Both the position numbers and the translations under genes were made by a program. DNA of 64,000 bases from an uncultured virus (IMG/VR IMGVR_UViG_2061766007_000739) (lineage: Duplodnaviria; Heunggongvirae; Uroviricota; Caudoviricetes), in the IMG/VR virus record IMGVR_UViG_2061766007_000739. One strand, written 5' to 3'. Below, one piece after another: positions 1 through 10,508 of the stretch (its first letter is position 1; each line of letters opens with the position of its first letter). Below the pieces are notes generated by a model. That model was not told where the DNA came from and searched no databases. It saw only the letters and a program-made list of their open reading frames with translations.

Positions 1-4
1 TACT

Positions 5-304
5 TTGGCCGAGATGGTGGAGAAGTACAATGACATGGGCCGACTGGCGGTTAGCCTGGATTGGCAATGCACTCCAAGGACTTCATTACACATGGACACC
101 ACTATATACGATGTGGACCGTACTGGCAAAATGACCTTTGAAAAGGTGATGAAGGCTATTGAGGAAGAAGACAGCGCAGAATACTGCGTCACTTTCATTG
201 ATGAAATTTTGTTGCAACTGCCTGATTTGTCGCAGTTGCAGATAGATGAGATTATGGGATTGCGGAAGCATTATGAGGAGTTAGCCAATGCAGTTCAGCC
301 GTGA
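5..304 (+). CDS. Partial ORF, probably the C-terminal part of the glycosyltransferase at 2352-3053 (variant copy, inverted by scaffolding)
   Basis: A near-identical reverse-complement copy at about 1696-1962 lies downstream of the GT gene on the minus strand. GT end NRVRQAC plus VRRMSDEDLKLYV...LAEMVEKY reads as one plausible protein. Confidence 0.5.
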   Translation: MAEMVEKYNDMGRLAVSLDWQCTPRTSLHMDTTIYDVDRTGKMTFEKVMKAIEEEDSAEYCVTFIDEILLQLPDLSQLQIDEIMGLRKHYEELANAVQP

Positions 305-1001
305 TTTTCTAGTACCTGACTGGCATAGTAAATTTAATGTTCTGGCGAGAATGTGCGCCATGTATGACCACCGTTCCTGCTGGGTAAATGCGGAATGTAG
401 GGAACCGGTTGCGGTACAGTGCGGCGATGGTAGAATACTTGGACCGGATGGAATTGAGCGTAANNNNNNNNNNNNNNNNNNNNNNNNNNNNNNNNNNNNN
501 NNNNNNNNNNNNNNNNNNNNNNNNNNNNNNNNNNNNNNNAGAGCTGTCGTACTTGACAGCTTCCCGCTTCCGGATTTACCCGAGCACCCCATGCATCCGG
601 ATAACAATATCTTGATTGCCGGGCAATGTGCAGGCAATGAAACTCTTGATTTCGTGAATACCGTGCTGGATGGCCTTGACCATACGCTGTCGGTCACGAT
701 TGCCTTGTATGACAAGGAATCGTACAAGACCGAACGGATGATTTCTGGACTAGTTTATGGGGAGACATTGACAACTTTTGAGAAGGTGTCGTGGAAGAAA
801 CGTCAGTCATATTCAATGATTACCGCGCTTTATCTCACTGCAGGACAGGTGATTCACTGTGGATCGGGAAAGCGCGGTTTCTTGCATGCATTGGCGGTGA
901 AGGCAGCATCCCGAGGCTCCGGTCTGATAACCCGGAGAGGGGACAATGACTTCGAGCCGACGACGATACATCAATTTTTGGATGTCATTGGTGGAAGGTA
1001 A
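288..1001 (+). CDS. Hypothetical protein (about 237 aa, internal gap); possibly a glycan-modifying enzyme in the GT operon
   Basis: Open frame overlapping the previous stop; a variant copy of its 5' part lies at 1445-1712 (-). No firm motif. Confidence 0.5.
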   Translation: MQFSRDFLVPDWHSKFNVLARMCAMYDHRSCWVNAECREPVAVQCGDGRILGPDGIERXXXXXXXXXXXXXXXXXXXXXXXXXXRAVVLDSFPLPDLPEHPMHPDNNILIAGQCAGNETLDFVNTVLDGLDHTLSVTIALYDKESYKTERMISGLVYGETLTTFEKVSWKKRQSYSMITALYLTAGQVIHCGSGKRGFLHALAVKAASRGSGLITRRGDNDFEPTTIHQFLDVIGGR

Positions 1002-1189
1002 AGAAGATTTTACAATTTTCACCAAACCCTACAGAACCGCCATATCTAGTGTAAAAACGCCAGAAAATGTACAATATGCTGTATTTATGTTCACTATGTG
1101 TCGGTTCGCGGAGGATATAAACACTACTTGCCTTATTACAAAGCGACTGAGGAATGGTCACCGTTGTAAGGTAAAAATGAGGAAAATGT

Positions 1190-1422
1190 ATGAGTAATGT
1201 AAGCGAATCTGCTGAACCTATTGCCGCACCGAAACTTGCCAAAGTGAACAAGCGCGACGGAAGACCACAGACTTTTAATCCAAGCAAGATTGAACACGCG
1301 ATGAAGACCGCGTTCTATGCTACCAAGACTTCTGTTAGTGACGAGGAACTTGATGAGGCAACCAACCGGGTTATTGAAGAAATCCAAAGTTACAACACCG
1401 CGTCGGTCTCTGCCGACAAGGT
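1190..1422 (+). CDS. ATP-cone domain, likely the N-terminus of a ribonucleotide reductase (NrdD/NrdA); truncated by gap
   Basis: KVNKRDGRPQTFNPSKIEHAMKTAF matches the ATP-cone pattern V-x-KRDG-x3-F-x3-KI-x2-A. Confidence 0.75.
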
Positions 1423-2351
1423 NNNNNNNNNNCGTCCGGGGCGCCATCCAGCTTACCAAACGTAATGATCTTGGTAGCCCTGTTTACCATAGGAGCGTAC
1501 TTTTCATCCCAGTCATGCAATATCAAAATGTGCGGTTTACGCTCAATTCCATCCGGTCCAAGTATTCTACCATCGCCGCACTGTACTGCAACCGGTTCCC
1601 TACATTCTGCATTTACCCAACATGAACGGTGGTCATACATGGCGCACATTCTCGCCAGAACATTAAACTTACTGTGCCAGTCAGGTACTAGAAAATCACG
1701 GCTGAACTGCATTGGCTAACTCCTNNNNNNNNNNCGCACTGTCTTCTTCCTCGATGGCCTTCATCACCTTTTCGAAGGTCATTTTGCCAGTACGGTCCAC
1801 ATCGTATATAGTGGTGTCCATGTGCAGTGAAGACCTTGGAGTGCATTGCCAATCCAGGCTAACTGCCAGCCGGCCCATGTCATTGTACTTCTCCACCATC
1901 TCGGCCAGCGTGCGCCTGCCGGACACGTACAGTTTAAGGTCTTCGTCGCTCATGCGCCTTACNNNNNNNNNNNNNNNNNNNNNNNNNNNNNNNNNNNNNN
2001 NNNNNNNNNNNNNNNNNNNNNNNNNNNNNNNNNNNNNNNNNGCATCCCGGTTCTCTGCTGCGCACAATCGGCCCGACCAGGCGTTTGCATTTAGTAAGAA
2101 AAGCATCGTCCTCGGCACCCCAGTTTACAAATTCTTCATCATATTTGCCAACTTGTTTCCATGTATCCCGTGTAAACACATTGCACAGGCCGGTCTGACG
2201 CTCGATATTGACCCCGTGATCCTTTGGACCCGGAAGCAGCGGCATACCTTTAACCAGCATTCGGGTATCGGTTTCCTTCAAGTACATTGCTTCTGAATAC
2301 GGGAACACCAGTGAACCATCATTCCAGTGTTTGCGTATATANNNNNNNNNN

Positions 2352-3053
2352 GCATGCCTGTCTTACACGGTTAGCAAGGTACAGCGGACTGCTTTTCAGA
2401 TATTCGGGCGTGTTAGCAGCCGGATGGAACAAATGGTACGCCACACATCCAGGTTCTTTACTGCGCACAATCGGCCCGACCAGACGCTTGCATTTTGTAA
2501 GGAAAGCATCGTCCTCGGCACCCCAGTTTACAAATTCTTCATCATACTTGCCAACTCGTTTCCATGTATCCCGTGTAAACACATTGCACAGACCGGTCTG
2601 ACGGTCGATATTTACCCCGTGGTCCTTTGGACCCGGAAGCAGCGGCATACCTTTAACCAGGAATCGGGTATCGGTTTCCTTCAAGTACACCGCCTCTGAA
2701 TACGGGAACACCAGTGAACCATCATTCCAGTGTTTGCGTATATAGTCAACTACCTTTTCGTTAAGATACACATCGCCATCAACCATTGCGATAGCTTCCA
2801 CGTCCGGGACAGCTTCGATTGCCGCATTTAACAGTGCAGTCTTGCAAAAACCGCCGTCAATATTCAATGTAACGTGGCGAACCCTGGACGGATCCAAATT
2901 AAGCGTATCGAACCACCCAGTTGGATTCTGCTCGGCTACGCAAAAAATAGCTTCCGGGAACAATTTCATGTTGTTCTCAAGTGTCGCCTCCAGGTTCCTT
3001 CGGCGATAGCGGTCACCCTTGTCACAAAATGCAGTAATCACAAGAAACTTCAT
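2352..3053 (-). CDS. GT-A fold glycosyltransferase (GT2/GT7 galactosyltransferase-like); 3' end broken by gap
   Basis: MVDGDV DxD motif, YDEEFVNWGAEDDAF (GT7 C-terminal WGxEDD) and YHLFH. ATG at 3053 lies 6 nt after a TATATT element. Confidence 0.85.
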
Positions 3054-3149
3054 GCCAAAAATATAGCAAAAAATTTCCCAATTTCTGTCCAAAATCCAAA
3101 AATCCCGATAAGCGTCCACAAATCAAGACCTTATAAACTGCTTTGTACT

Positions 3150-5521
3150 ATGCCATTCAACGGGATACATAATCTAAGGTCTGCAAGCGAGTCTGTGAAG
3201 CTCGAAATGTGGCAGCTGCAAGAAATCGAGCGCTGCACTAAGGACCCTATTTACTTCATCCGCCACTACGTCTACATCAACACAAAGGACGAGGGCACCC
3301 AGCTGATGAAGACGTACCCGTTCCAGGACGAGGCAATTCGGCGTTTTCTCAAATACAGGTTCAACATCAACCGATGGTCCCGACAGGTGGGTAAATCCAC
3401 TATTGTCCGCGCCTTTATCCTTTGGTACGCAATGTTCCACGAAGACCAGCTCATAGCAATGCTGGCAAACAAGCTCATGCTTGCCAAGGAACAGTTGCAG
3501 CTCCTGAGAGAATCCTACCTGAACCTCCCCTACTGGCTACAGCCCGGCGTAAAACTGTGGAACAAGATGTCCATCCAGTTCGCCAACGGCTGGCNNNNNN
3601 NNNNTTGGTACCGGAAGCTGCTAAGACACCGAACCGTGGTTCGCTTACTACCGAAGACATTCGCCTGATTGCTCATTCCGGGATTCCTGGAATAACGATG
3701 GAAACTGATGTAGACGGTAATGACAACGACCGTATTATCATAGGCGACGGCCGGTCCATGAGTATTGACAGCCCGGTTGCTAAGATGCAGATGAGTGTCT
3801 TGGTTAACAAGGCTGAAGATAAGATTGGTAGATCAGTCTTTGATGAAAACGGTGGTTTAACCGAAGAGGGTATTGCTGCACTGGGTGAAGTTGCCCAAGG
3901 CAATACAGCCCCGATTGACCCGATTGTTCCAACTGAACGTATCGTACCGGCTGTGGTTCGTCTGGTGAAGGATTCGATGGATTCCGGCACTGGTCGTAAA
4001 TGGGCGACGAGCGACGATGATGGTAACTTTACCCATGCATTCACCGATGGTGATAAGAACCAGTTTGTCGTAACCTTCGGTATTTCGAAGATTTCCAGTA
4101 TCGTCAACAGCTTGTTCGGAGGAAAGTTCACTGATGGNNNNNNNNNNTCTCCCCGAATCTACTGTACCTTGACGAATTTGCGTTCTTGCGTCCGGGCATG
4201 GCCGATGAATTCATGGCTTCCGTGTTCCCGACTATCTCATCAGGTAAGAAGACACGAGTCATCATTACGTCAACGCCGGCGGGTATGAACCACTTCTATA
4301 GAATGTGGGAAGATGCAGTCGATGAATCTACGGCAACCGCACACGAATTGCAGGCGAAGTACGTCAGGTCCACAGTGCTCTGGAAGGAAGTGCCCGGTCG
4401 TGACGAACAGTGGGGCATTGACGAAAAACTCCGCTGTGGCGAAGAAAGATTCCGCCAGGAATACGAATGCGAATTCATCGGTTCCGCAGTCACTCTTATC
4501 GACTACCACACCTTGCAGCATCTGCATCCGGACAAGCCGATGGCCCATCCGAGAATCCCGGACGAATACCAGCTCCGCGTTTATCGGCGACCGCTCAATC
4601 CACAACAGATGGAATTCGACAAGTCAGTCTACATTGCTGCGCTGGATACCGGCTACGGTATGCGTCAGGACTACCACGTCCTCCAAATCCTCTATGCAAA
4701 GACCAGCACCAAGCTGGAGCAGGTGCTCACGCTGTCCTCGAACAGCGTGACTGTGGAAGACTTCTGTGCNNNNNNNNNNCAAGACCAGCACCAAGCTGGA
4801 ACAGGTGCTCACGCTGTCCTCGAACAGCGTGACTGTGGAAGACTTCTGTGCAGTGTCATTTGCCCTGCTCAGAAAATACAATTTCCCTGCACTTACAATC
4901 GAATATAATGGCGGATCCGGCTCGCTTGCCTACCAGACNNNNNNNNNNCGCCCTGCTCCGGAAATACAATTTCCCCGCACTTACAATCGAATATAATGGC
5001 GGATCCGGCTCGCTTGCCTACCAGACAATGACTGCCGCAATGCAGTACCCGAATATCGTTGACTACGATAGCTACTTCCGTGGTATGTACTCCACTGCTA
5101 CTACCAAGAACCAGGCCGTCATGTTGCTGAAGACTTACATCCAGAAGAACTACCTCATTCTCCATGACGAGAAGACAATCAACGAGCTCATGTCGTTCAC
5201 GCGACCCACCAAGAGCACCTGGGGTGCTTCCGGCGGTAACCATGACGACCACGTTACGAGCTTGTACTGGGCCGTCTACCACGCCTACTCGCCGTACTTC
5301 CAGGGTGAAATGGAAGAAATCTCTTGGGACGACGTAATCAGGGCGGTGTTCGCACCGGCTGCTCAGATTGCCGACATGCGCAACGCGGCAGAGCAGGTCC
5401 ACAACCCGCAAATTTCGCAGGAACAGCGCGGCATGATGGAACTTGCCGGCAACCAGCGCATGTTGCCGCCTGTACAGCGCCCGTCGCAGCAGCAACAGCC
5501 GGTTCAGGCCACTGTCTATTC
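3150..5521 (+). CDS. gp17: Terminase large subunit (T4 gp17-like), in pieces 3150-3594, 4148-4769 and 4949-5521 because of gaps and misplaced contigs
   Basis: EIERCTKDPIYFIRHY, YPFQ (Q motif), WSRQVGKST (Walker A), LYLDEFAF (Walker B), IITSTPAG, FRQEYECEF, nuclease ALDTGYG and NHDDHV. Confidence 0.93.
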
Positions 5522-6011
5522 NNNNNNNNNNNNNNNNNNNNNNNNNNNNNNNNNNNNNNNNNNNNNNNNNNNNNNNNNNNNNNNNNNNNNNNNNNNNNNN
5601 NNNNNNNNNNNNNNNNNNNNNNNNNNNNNNNNNNNNNNNNNNNNNNNNNNNNNNNNNNNNNNNNNNNNNNNNNNNNNNNNNNNNNNNNNNNNNNNNNNNN
5701 NNNNNNNNNNNNNNNNNNNNNNNNNNNNNNNNNNNNNNNNNNNNNNNNNNNNNNNNNNNNNNNNNNNNNNNNNNNNNNNNNNNNNNNNNNNNNNNNNNNN
5801 NNNNNNNNNNNNNNNNNNNNNNNNNNNNNNNNNNNNNNNNNNNNNNNNNNNNNNNNNNNNNNNNNNNNNNNNNNNNNNNNNNNNNNNNNNNNNNNNNNNN
5901 NNNNNNNNNNNNNNNNNNNNNNNNNNNNNNNNNNNNNNNNNNNNNNNNNNNNNNNNNNNNNNNNNNNNNNNNNNNNNNNNNNNNNNNNNNNNNNNNNNNN
6001 NNNNNNNNNNA

Positions 6012-6674
6012 CTAAAGGAAGGCGTGCAGACATTCGTAGACTCGACAGAAAACGAGGAAACTCCGGTCCAGGAAAGCATGGGTCTCAAGCTGTCCCTCGA
6101 CGAATGCGTTGAACGCGGCATGGGCCGCAACTTCATGCGCATGTACCAGCTCGAATGCGCTGGCCAGTGCTGCCCACAGCAGGGCGGTTTCCATCTTGGT
6201 GACGTGGTTCACTGTGGAAACACCCCGGCACTGTTTGTCGTAAAGAAAGCTGACGGCCAGATGGTTACTGCTGCAAAACCGACTTCCAATCCGAATGAAC
6301 TTCTTACCTCCTGTGACGGCGAATGGCCTACTTTCACCTTCCGTGCAACCGACATCCAGCCAATGCTCAACGCATCCATTGACGATGTTCAAAATATTGT
6401 CGGCTTCAATGACCAGGCAATGCCATTTGACGGTAGCACCATTGATGACAACCCGATGAAGGTTGCCCAGAATGATGCCAAGTGCAACATGCTCGACCGG
6501 ATTTCGGACAACCTTGATGAAATTCTCGGCATGCCGTATCAGGACATCTGTTCCGGCAAGGATCCAAGCTGCAATGTAATGACCCAGCCTACCGAAGTGG
6601 TCATCATCAACCCGGATGGCTCGTTCGGCACAGCTCCACAAATGGGCGGCTACAAAGTAAAGATAGGTGACTAA
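6012..6674 (+). CDS. Hypothetical protein, 5' end in gap; probable virion or head protein
   Basis: Open frame with phage-like codon usage; contains QES/LDE-type motifs like other putative head proteins. Confidence 0.55.
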   Translation, partial: LKEGVQTFVDSTENEETPVQESMGLKLSLDECVERGMGRNFMRMYQLECAGQCCPQQGGFHLGDVVHCGNTPALFVVKKADGQMVTAAKPTSNPNELLTSCDGEWPTFTFRATDIQPMLNASIDDVQNIVGFNDQAMPFDGSTIDDNPMKVAQNDAKCNMLDRISDNLDEILGMPYQDICSGKDPSCNVMTQPTEVVIINPDGSFGTAPQMGGYKVKIGD

Positions 6675-7006
6675 TGGCGCTTCCCAGAATTATATACGAC
6701 TCCAGCTGCTCCGTGTGCACGAACTTCATGCACATGATTAGGGCCAAGGTTAAGGACCGTGCGGAATACTACAAGGCCGACGAAAACGCACGTGATTTCA
6801 AGTACGTCGACGCAAAGGGCGCAACGTATTCCGGTACGGCAGCGGTTGACAAGATGGCGACCGATTTTCCTGAAATCGGCGACTACCTGTTCATCCTCCC
6901 GGAAAAATTCAGAAAGGCTGGCTTGAAGGCTGTCTACAAGGTAGCCAAACCCATCAGAAAAGTTATTGGCGCAGTGAAGAAAGGATGCAACTGCGGAAAA
7001 CATTAA
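6674..7006 (+). CDS. DCC1-like thiol-disulfide oxidoreductase family protein
   Basis: N-terminal IIYDSSCSVC (DxxCxxC) motif; C-terminal GCNCG. Confidence 0.65.
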   Translation: MALPRIIYDSSCSVCTNFMHMIRAKVKDRAEYYKADENARDFKYVDAKGATYSGTAAVDKMATDFPEIGDYLFILPEKFRKAGLKAVYKVAKPIRKVIGAVKKGCNCGKH

Positions 7007-7019
7007 GGAGACAAACCCT

Positions 7020-7811
7020 ATGAATAAAACACAACAGAAATATACAGCTTTCATGGAAAGTGTATGCAAACAGTTCAGCTGCCCAGAAATGCTTCCTGCG
7101 CTTAATGCAGGTTTCAAGGCTTTCTGCGAAGCTAGTGATACCCTTATGGAAGGCACAGGTTATGACCGTCGCATAACTGGTCTTGATTATCCAAATACTT
7201 CGAGAACTAGTCGAAGAGTGGAAGATGCCATGGAACGCAGTGACAATCCCAACATAGGTAAACAGCGTTTACAGTGGGCTAATGAGTGGGGGGATCGCGA
7301 ACACCTGTTCAATACAAGAAATAATCTCTGTAACTACATGAACAAGCTGTTATCTCAGCGCATTGGCAATGCAGATCTTCATGTTGAACTTGATAAAACT
7401 GGTGTATGGGATTCCGAGGCGTTTAATGTTATATATAAAGGCAGCTGTATCGGTGCGTTTAAATCACCGGCAGAATTTGTTTGGTGGGGTAGTAAATTTG
7501 ACAACCACCATACCGGACTGGATTATATCTCAATCCCGGATATGCTAGAGTATGAACGTCAGAAAGCGAAAAAGGACAATTATCGATACTACTTTGAAGA
7601 TGACCTCTTTTATCGAGTAGCCAAGGCATATGCAGAAACAGGTACAATCCCACTTAAAGTTGCTGGTTTATTTGAAGGAGAATTTACCGAACGCAATTGC
7701 ACACCAGAAGAATGTTGTGACCTTATTGTTCACGATATGCAAACGTTTGACGCAGGTCTCAATTTGCCATCTCCAGAACAATTCACAAGAATAAGCGCAA
7801 CTGAACTGTAA
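7020..7811 (+). CDS. Hypothetical protein, possible internal head protein with cleavable N-terminal leader
   Basis: RBS AAGGAG; N-terminus FMES...FCEA...LMEG, followed by a more AT-rich body. Confidence 0.7.
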   Translation: MNKTQQKYTAFMESVCKQFSCPEMLPALNAGFKAFCEASDTLMEGTGYDRRITGLDYPNTSRTSRRVEDAMERSDNPNIGKQRLQWANEWGDREHLFNTRNNLCNYMNKLLSQRIGNADLHVELDKTGVWDSEAFNVIYKGSCIGAFKSPAEFVWWGSKFDNHHTGLDYISIPDMLEYERQKAKKDNYRYYFEDDLFYRVAKAYAETGTIPLKVAGLFEGEFTERNCTPEECCDLIVHDMQTFDAGLNLPSPEQFTRISATEL

Positions 7812-7828
7812 TTAACATTATCACGCAT

Positions 7829-7856
7829 TAAAAAGGCGGCCATTCGGTCGCCTTTC
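7829..7856. terminator. Probable bidirectional intrinsic terminator
   Basis: AAAAAGGCGGCC-ATTC-GGTCGCCTTT hairpin between convergent genes. Confidence 0.7.
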
Positions 7857-7894
7857 ATGCATTCTGAGTTTCTGTCGTTGAACCACGGTTCATA

Positions 7895-8201
7895 TTACTG
7901 CTCTATGCTGTCAATGAATACACGGGCACGATTGGTCAAGTGGCCATCATCATCCATAAGGTGAATGACATCTTTCTTCATGAAGTTGTGNNNNNNNNNN
8001 TGCGAGCGTAAATATAATCGCGTCCGCCCGGGCATCGGTCAAATCGGCACCACTCATATTGGAAAGAACCTGATTCAGTTCCGGCTTGCACTCGGCATTG
8101 AACCGAGTGTATTGCCGGGATGAACCCGGAGTACTTTCAGCATCATCGATGGTCTCGACATGGATACGGTCATCAGTCAATACAAGGTCAAACTTTACCA
8201 T
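7895..8201 (-). CDS. Small hypothetical protein (about 100 aa, gap inside)
   Basis: Starts 4 nt after the Hsp20 stop; after the 10-N gap the frame continues HNFMKKDVIHL...SIEQ* to 7895. Confidence 0.5.
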
Positions 8202-8204
8202 ACT

Positions 8205-9170
8205 TTACCCCAATCCAATTGAAATTCCAGTGTCCACACCAGCCACCTTCATCTCGATATGAAGGATGCCATCGGCCAGGTTTGCCTTGAACGAATCCTG
8301 GGAAGTGTCTACAGGCTTCGGGAAGTAGAACGGGAAGCTGAAATCCCCGAGCAAGTGGCGCCCGACACCGATAAGCGCCTCGTACTGCGGCTTCTTGCCC
8401 TTGTTTCCCTTGCCCTTTCCCTTCGGACGGTACTTCTCGCACATGAGTTCACGGTGCCCGCTGACATACAGGCTTCCACCGGAGAAGTTCATTTTAAGTT
8501 CACCCTTCTTCACACCCGGAAGGTCGATGTACAAGTGATACACGCCGTTCACCTCAATCATCTCGTATGCCGGGAAGTTCGGGGCGATTGCGATGCGTTC
8601 ACCCTGCACCAGCTTGATTTCATCATCGCCCTGCGGCTGTGGTTGCTGCTGGGGCATCGGCTGCTGGTAATACTGTGGCTGTTGATAATATTGTGGCTGC
8701 TGGTAATACTGCTGTTGTGGATATACTGGTTGCTGATACATAGGCTGCTGATACACCGGTTGCTGGTAGACGGGTTGCGGTTGCGGCTGCGGCTGTGGGG
8801 CTGGCNNNNNNNNNNNNNNNNNNNNNNNNNNNNNNNNNNNNNNNNNNNNNTGCTGGACAGGCTGCTGCACCGGTTGCTGCACGGGGCGCTGCATCGGCCT
8901 TTGCGCCGGCCTGCGTTGCCTAACGACCTGCCCGGGGACAATCATTGACGCATTCGCCCTGGCGACCCTTTCCAGGTCCGCCCTTGCGCTAGTGGAAGCG
9001 TGGCCAACCATGCGACCGCTATTCGCATCGTACACGGCATCCGACAAGTTGGGCTCGTCACTATAAATAAGGGTAGGACCGTCATCTACATTATACATAC
9101 TGCGCTCCTCGGAGCCGTCATCGTCCGGCTTCGACTTGAAAAAGTTGACAATTTTGGACCAGATGCCCAC
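8205..9170 (-). CDS. Hsp20/alpha-crystallin small heat-shock protein with long Gln/Pro/Tyr-rich N-terminal region
   Basis: YHLYIDLPGVKKGELKM...LYVSGHRE...FSFPFYFPKPVD...KANLADGILHIEM alpha-crystallin motifs; GGAGG RBS. Confidence 0.85.
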   Translation of the reverse strand: MGIWSKIVNFFKSKPDDDGSEERSMYNVDDGPTLIYSDEPNLSDAVYDANSGRMVGHASTSARADLERVARANASMIVPGQVVRQRRPAQRPMQRPVQQPVQQPVQXXXXXXXXXXXXXXXXPAPQPQPQPQPVYQQPVYQQPMYQQPVYPQQQYYQQPQYYQQPQYYQQPMPQQQPQPQGDDEIKLVQGERIAIAPNFPAYEMIEVNGVYHLYIDLPGVKKGELKMNFSGGSLYVSGHRELMCEKYRPKGKGKGNKGKKPQYEALIGVGRHLLGDFSFPFYFPKPVDTSQDSFKANLADGILHIEMKVAGVDTGISIGLG

Positions 9171-9266
9171 ATTAAGTGAACCTCCATATTTTTACATTAT
9201 CAAAACTATATTAAAATTTATATCTTGCAATTTCCAAGAAAAAATACTAAATATATAAGCTGTAGA

Positions 9267-9358
9267 ACGAAGGCAACTGGTCCTTGCCATCGTGGATATG
9301 TTTAAAAATGTGCCAAGGCACATTTAATCCTATCGGAAGGACCAGTTCCGATAGGATT
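9267..9358 (+). promoter_or_regulatory. Structured 5' leader of tnpB: three hairpins with a loop-loop (kissing) pairing
   Basis: Hairpins at 9267-9293, 9306-9325 and 9326-9358; loops CTGGTCC and GGACCAG are exact reverse complements. Confidence 0.75.
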
Positions 9359-9365
9359 TCTATAT

Positions 9366-10508
9366 ATGAAGAAGTCATTCGAAATACGACTATATCCAAA
9401 CCGAGATCAACAGGTATTTTTCAACCGGACATTCGGTTGTTGTCGTTTCGTATATAACCACTGCCTTTGGATGAAATCCAGTATATATGAAGAAACCTAC
9501 ATGAATTTCACTCCGAACCTTCGCTCATTTAAGGAGGAATGGCCATGGTTAAAAGAAGCTGACTCGCAGGGTCTCGCCAATGCCTATATGGATATGAAAA
9601 GAGCATATCAAAGCTTCTTCAATGGAAAGACCGGCTACCCACAATATAAGAAGAAATCTGGCCGGCAATCATACCGGAATGCAATGATGCATTCCGATAT
9701 CAACAGACTGATAGTCGGAAACAAAATACTTATTCCAAAGGCGGGACCAGTCAATTTCCGGCAAGGATATGACTTTCATAACCTGAATATCATCAAAGTA
9801 TGGAACATCACCATAAAGCGAACACCAACGAATAAGTATTTCTGTTCAATATGTTGCGAAGTGAATGAACCTAAACCTCTGCCACACACAGTCAACGATA
9901 TTGCTTTCGACCTAGGAATAAAGGACTTCCTGATTGATTCCGATGGATGTGTAATCACAAATCCAAGGTATTTTAAAACATCACAATCCAAGCTTGAAAA
10001 AGAACAAAGAAAATTAAGCCATTGCATCAAAGGTTCCCGCAACTACAGGAAACAACAGTTAAAGATAGCCAAGGTGCATGAAAAAATTACAAATCAGCGT
10101 AACGACTTCCAACACAAGGTATCATGGAAACTAGTTGCAGAAAACCAATGCATCTATTCAGAAGACCTTAAAGTGAAGAACTTGTTGCAAAACCACAATC
10201 TGGCAAAATCCATAGCGGATGTGGCTTGGAGTTCATTCCTAGCTAAGGTGGAATACAAAGCCGCTTGGTACGGAAGAACCTACATCAAAATCAGCACCTT
10301 CTTCCCATCAACAAAACTATGCCATAAATGCCATTACAAAAACGACGAGCTCACGCTTGAAGATCGCAAGTGGACTTGTCCGAATTGTGGTGAACCACTG
10401 GATAGGGACAAAAACTCGGCAATAAATATACTCAGAGAAGGACGCCGAATCCACATTTCAAGTACCCCAGGAACTGAGGGAGACCGTAAATTCGGTCAAG
10501 CCTGTTGA
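9366..10508 (+). CDS. tnpB: RNA-guided endonuclease TnpB
   Basis: IRLYPN...TFGCCRFVYN helix-turn-helix start; RuvC I AFDLGIKD, RuvC II SEDLKV, Zn finger CHKC/CPNC and RuvC III DRDKNSAINI all intact. Confidence 0.95.
   Translation: MKKSFEIRLYPNRDQQVFFNRTFGCCRFVYNHCLWMKSSIYEETYMNFTPNLRSFKEEWPWLKEADSQGLANAYMDMKRAYQSFFNGKTGYPQYKKKSGRQSYRNAMMHSDINRLIVGNKILIPKAGPVNFRQGYDFHNLNIIKVWNITIKRTPTNKYFCSICCEVNEPKPLPHTVNDIAFDLGIKDFLIDSDGCVITNPRYFKTSQSKLEKEQRKLSHCIKGSRNYRKQQLKIAKVHEKITNQRNDFQHKVSWKLVAENQCIYSEDLKVKNLLQNHNLAKSIADVAWSSFLAKVEYKAAWYGRTYIKISTFFPSTKLCHKCHYKNDELTLEDRKWTCPNCGEPLDRDKNSAINILREGRRIHISSTPGTEGDRKFGQAC

Noticed and set aside
1..1962. Large inverted repeat (about 1-463 versus 1445-1905) suggesting an invertible segment
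   Set aside because: The copies are divergent alleles separated by N gaps, with no recombinase or defined inversion sites. Strain-variant scaffolding is the simpler explanation.
2042..2741. Tandem partial duplication of the glycosyltransferase (possible DGR template/variable pair)
   Set aside because: It is gap-flanked, differences are mostly synonymous and not adenine-specific, and no reverse transcriptase is present.
3605..4137. Apparent insertion (intron or intein) in the terminase
   Set aside because: It is bounded by 10-N gaps and matches the giant protein gene near 57186-57363 in reverse complement, so it is a misplaced contig from a strain variant.
4699..5027. Direct repeats inside the terminase gene
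   Set aside because: These are overlapping contig ends on either side of 10-N gaps.
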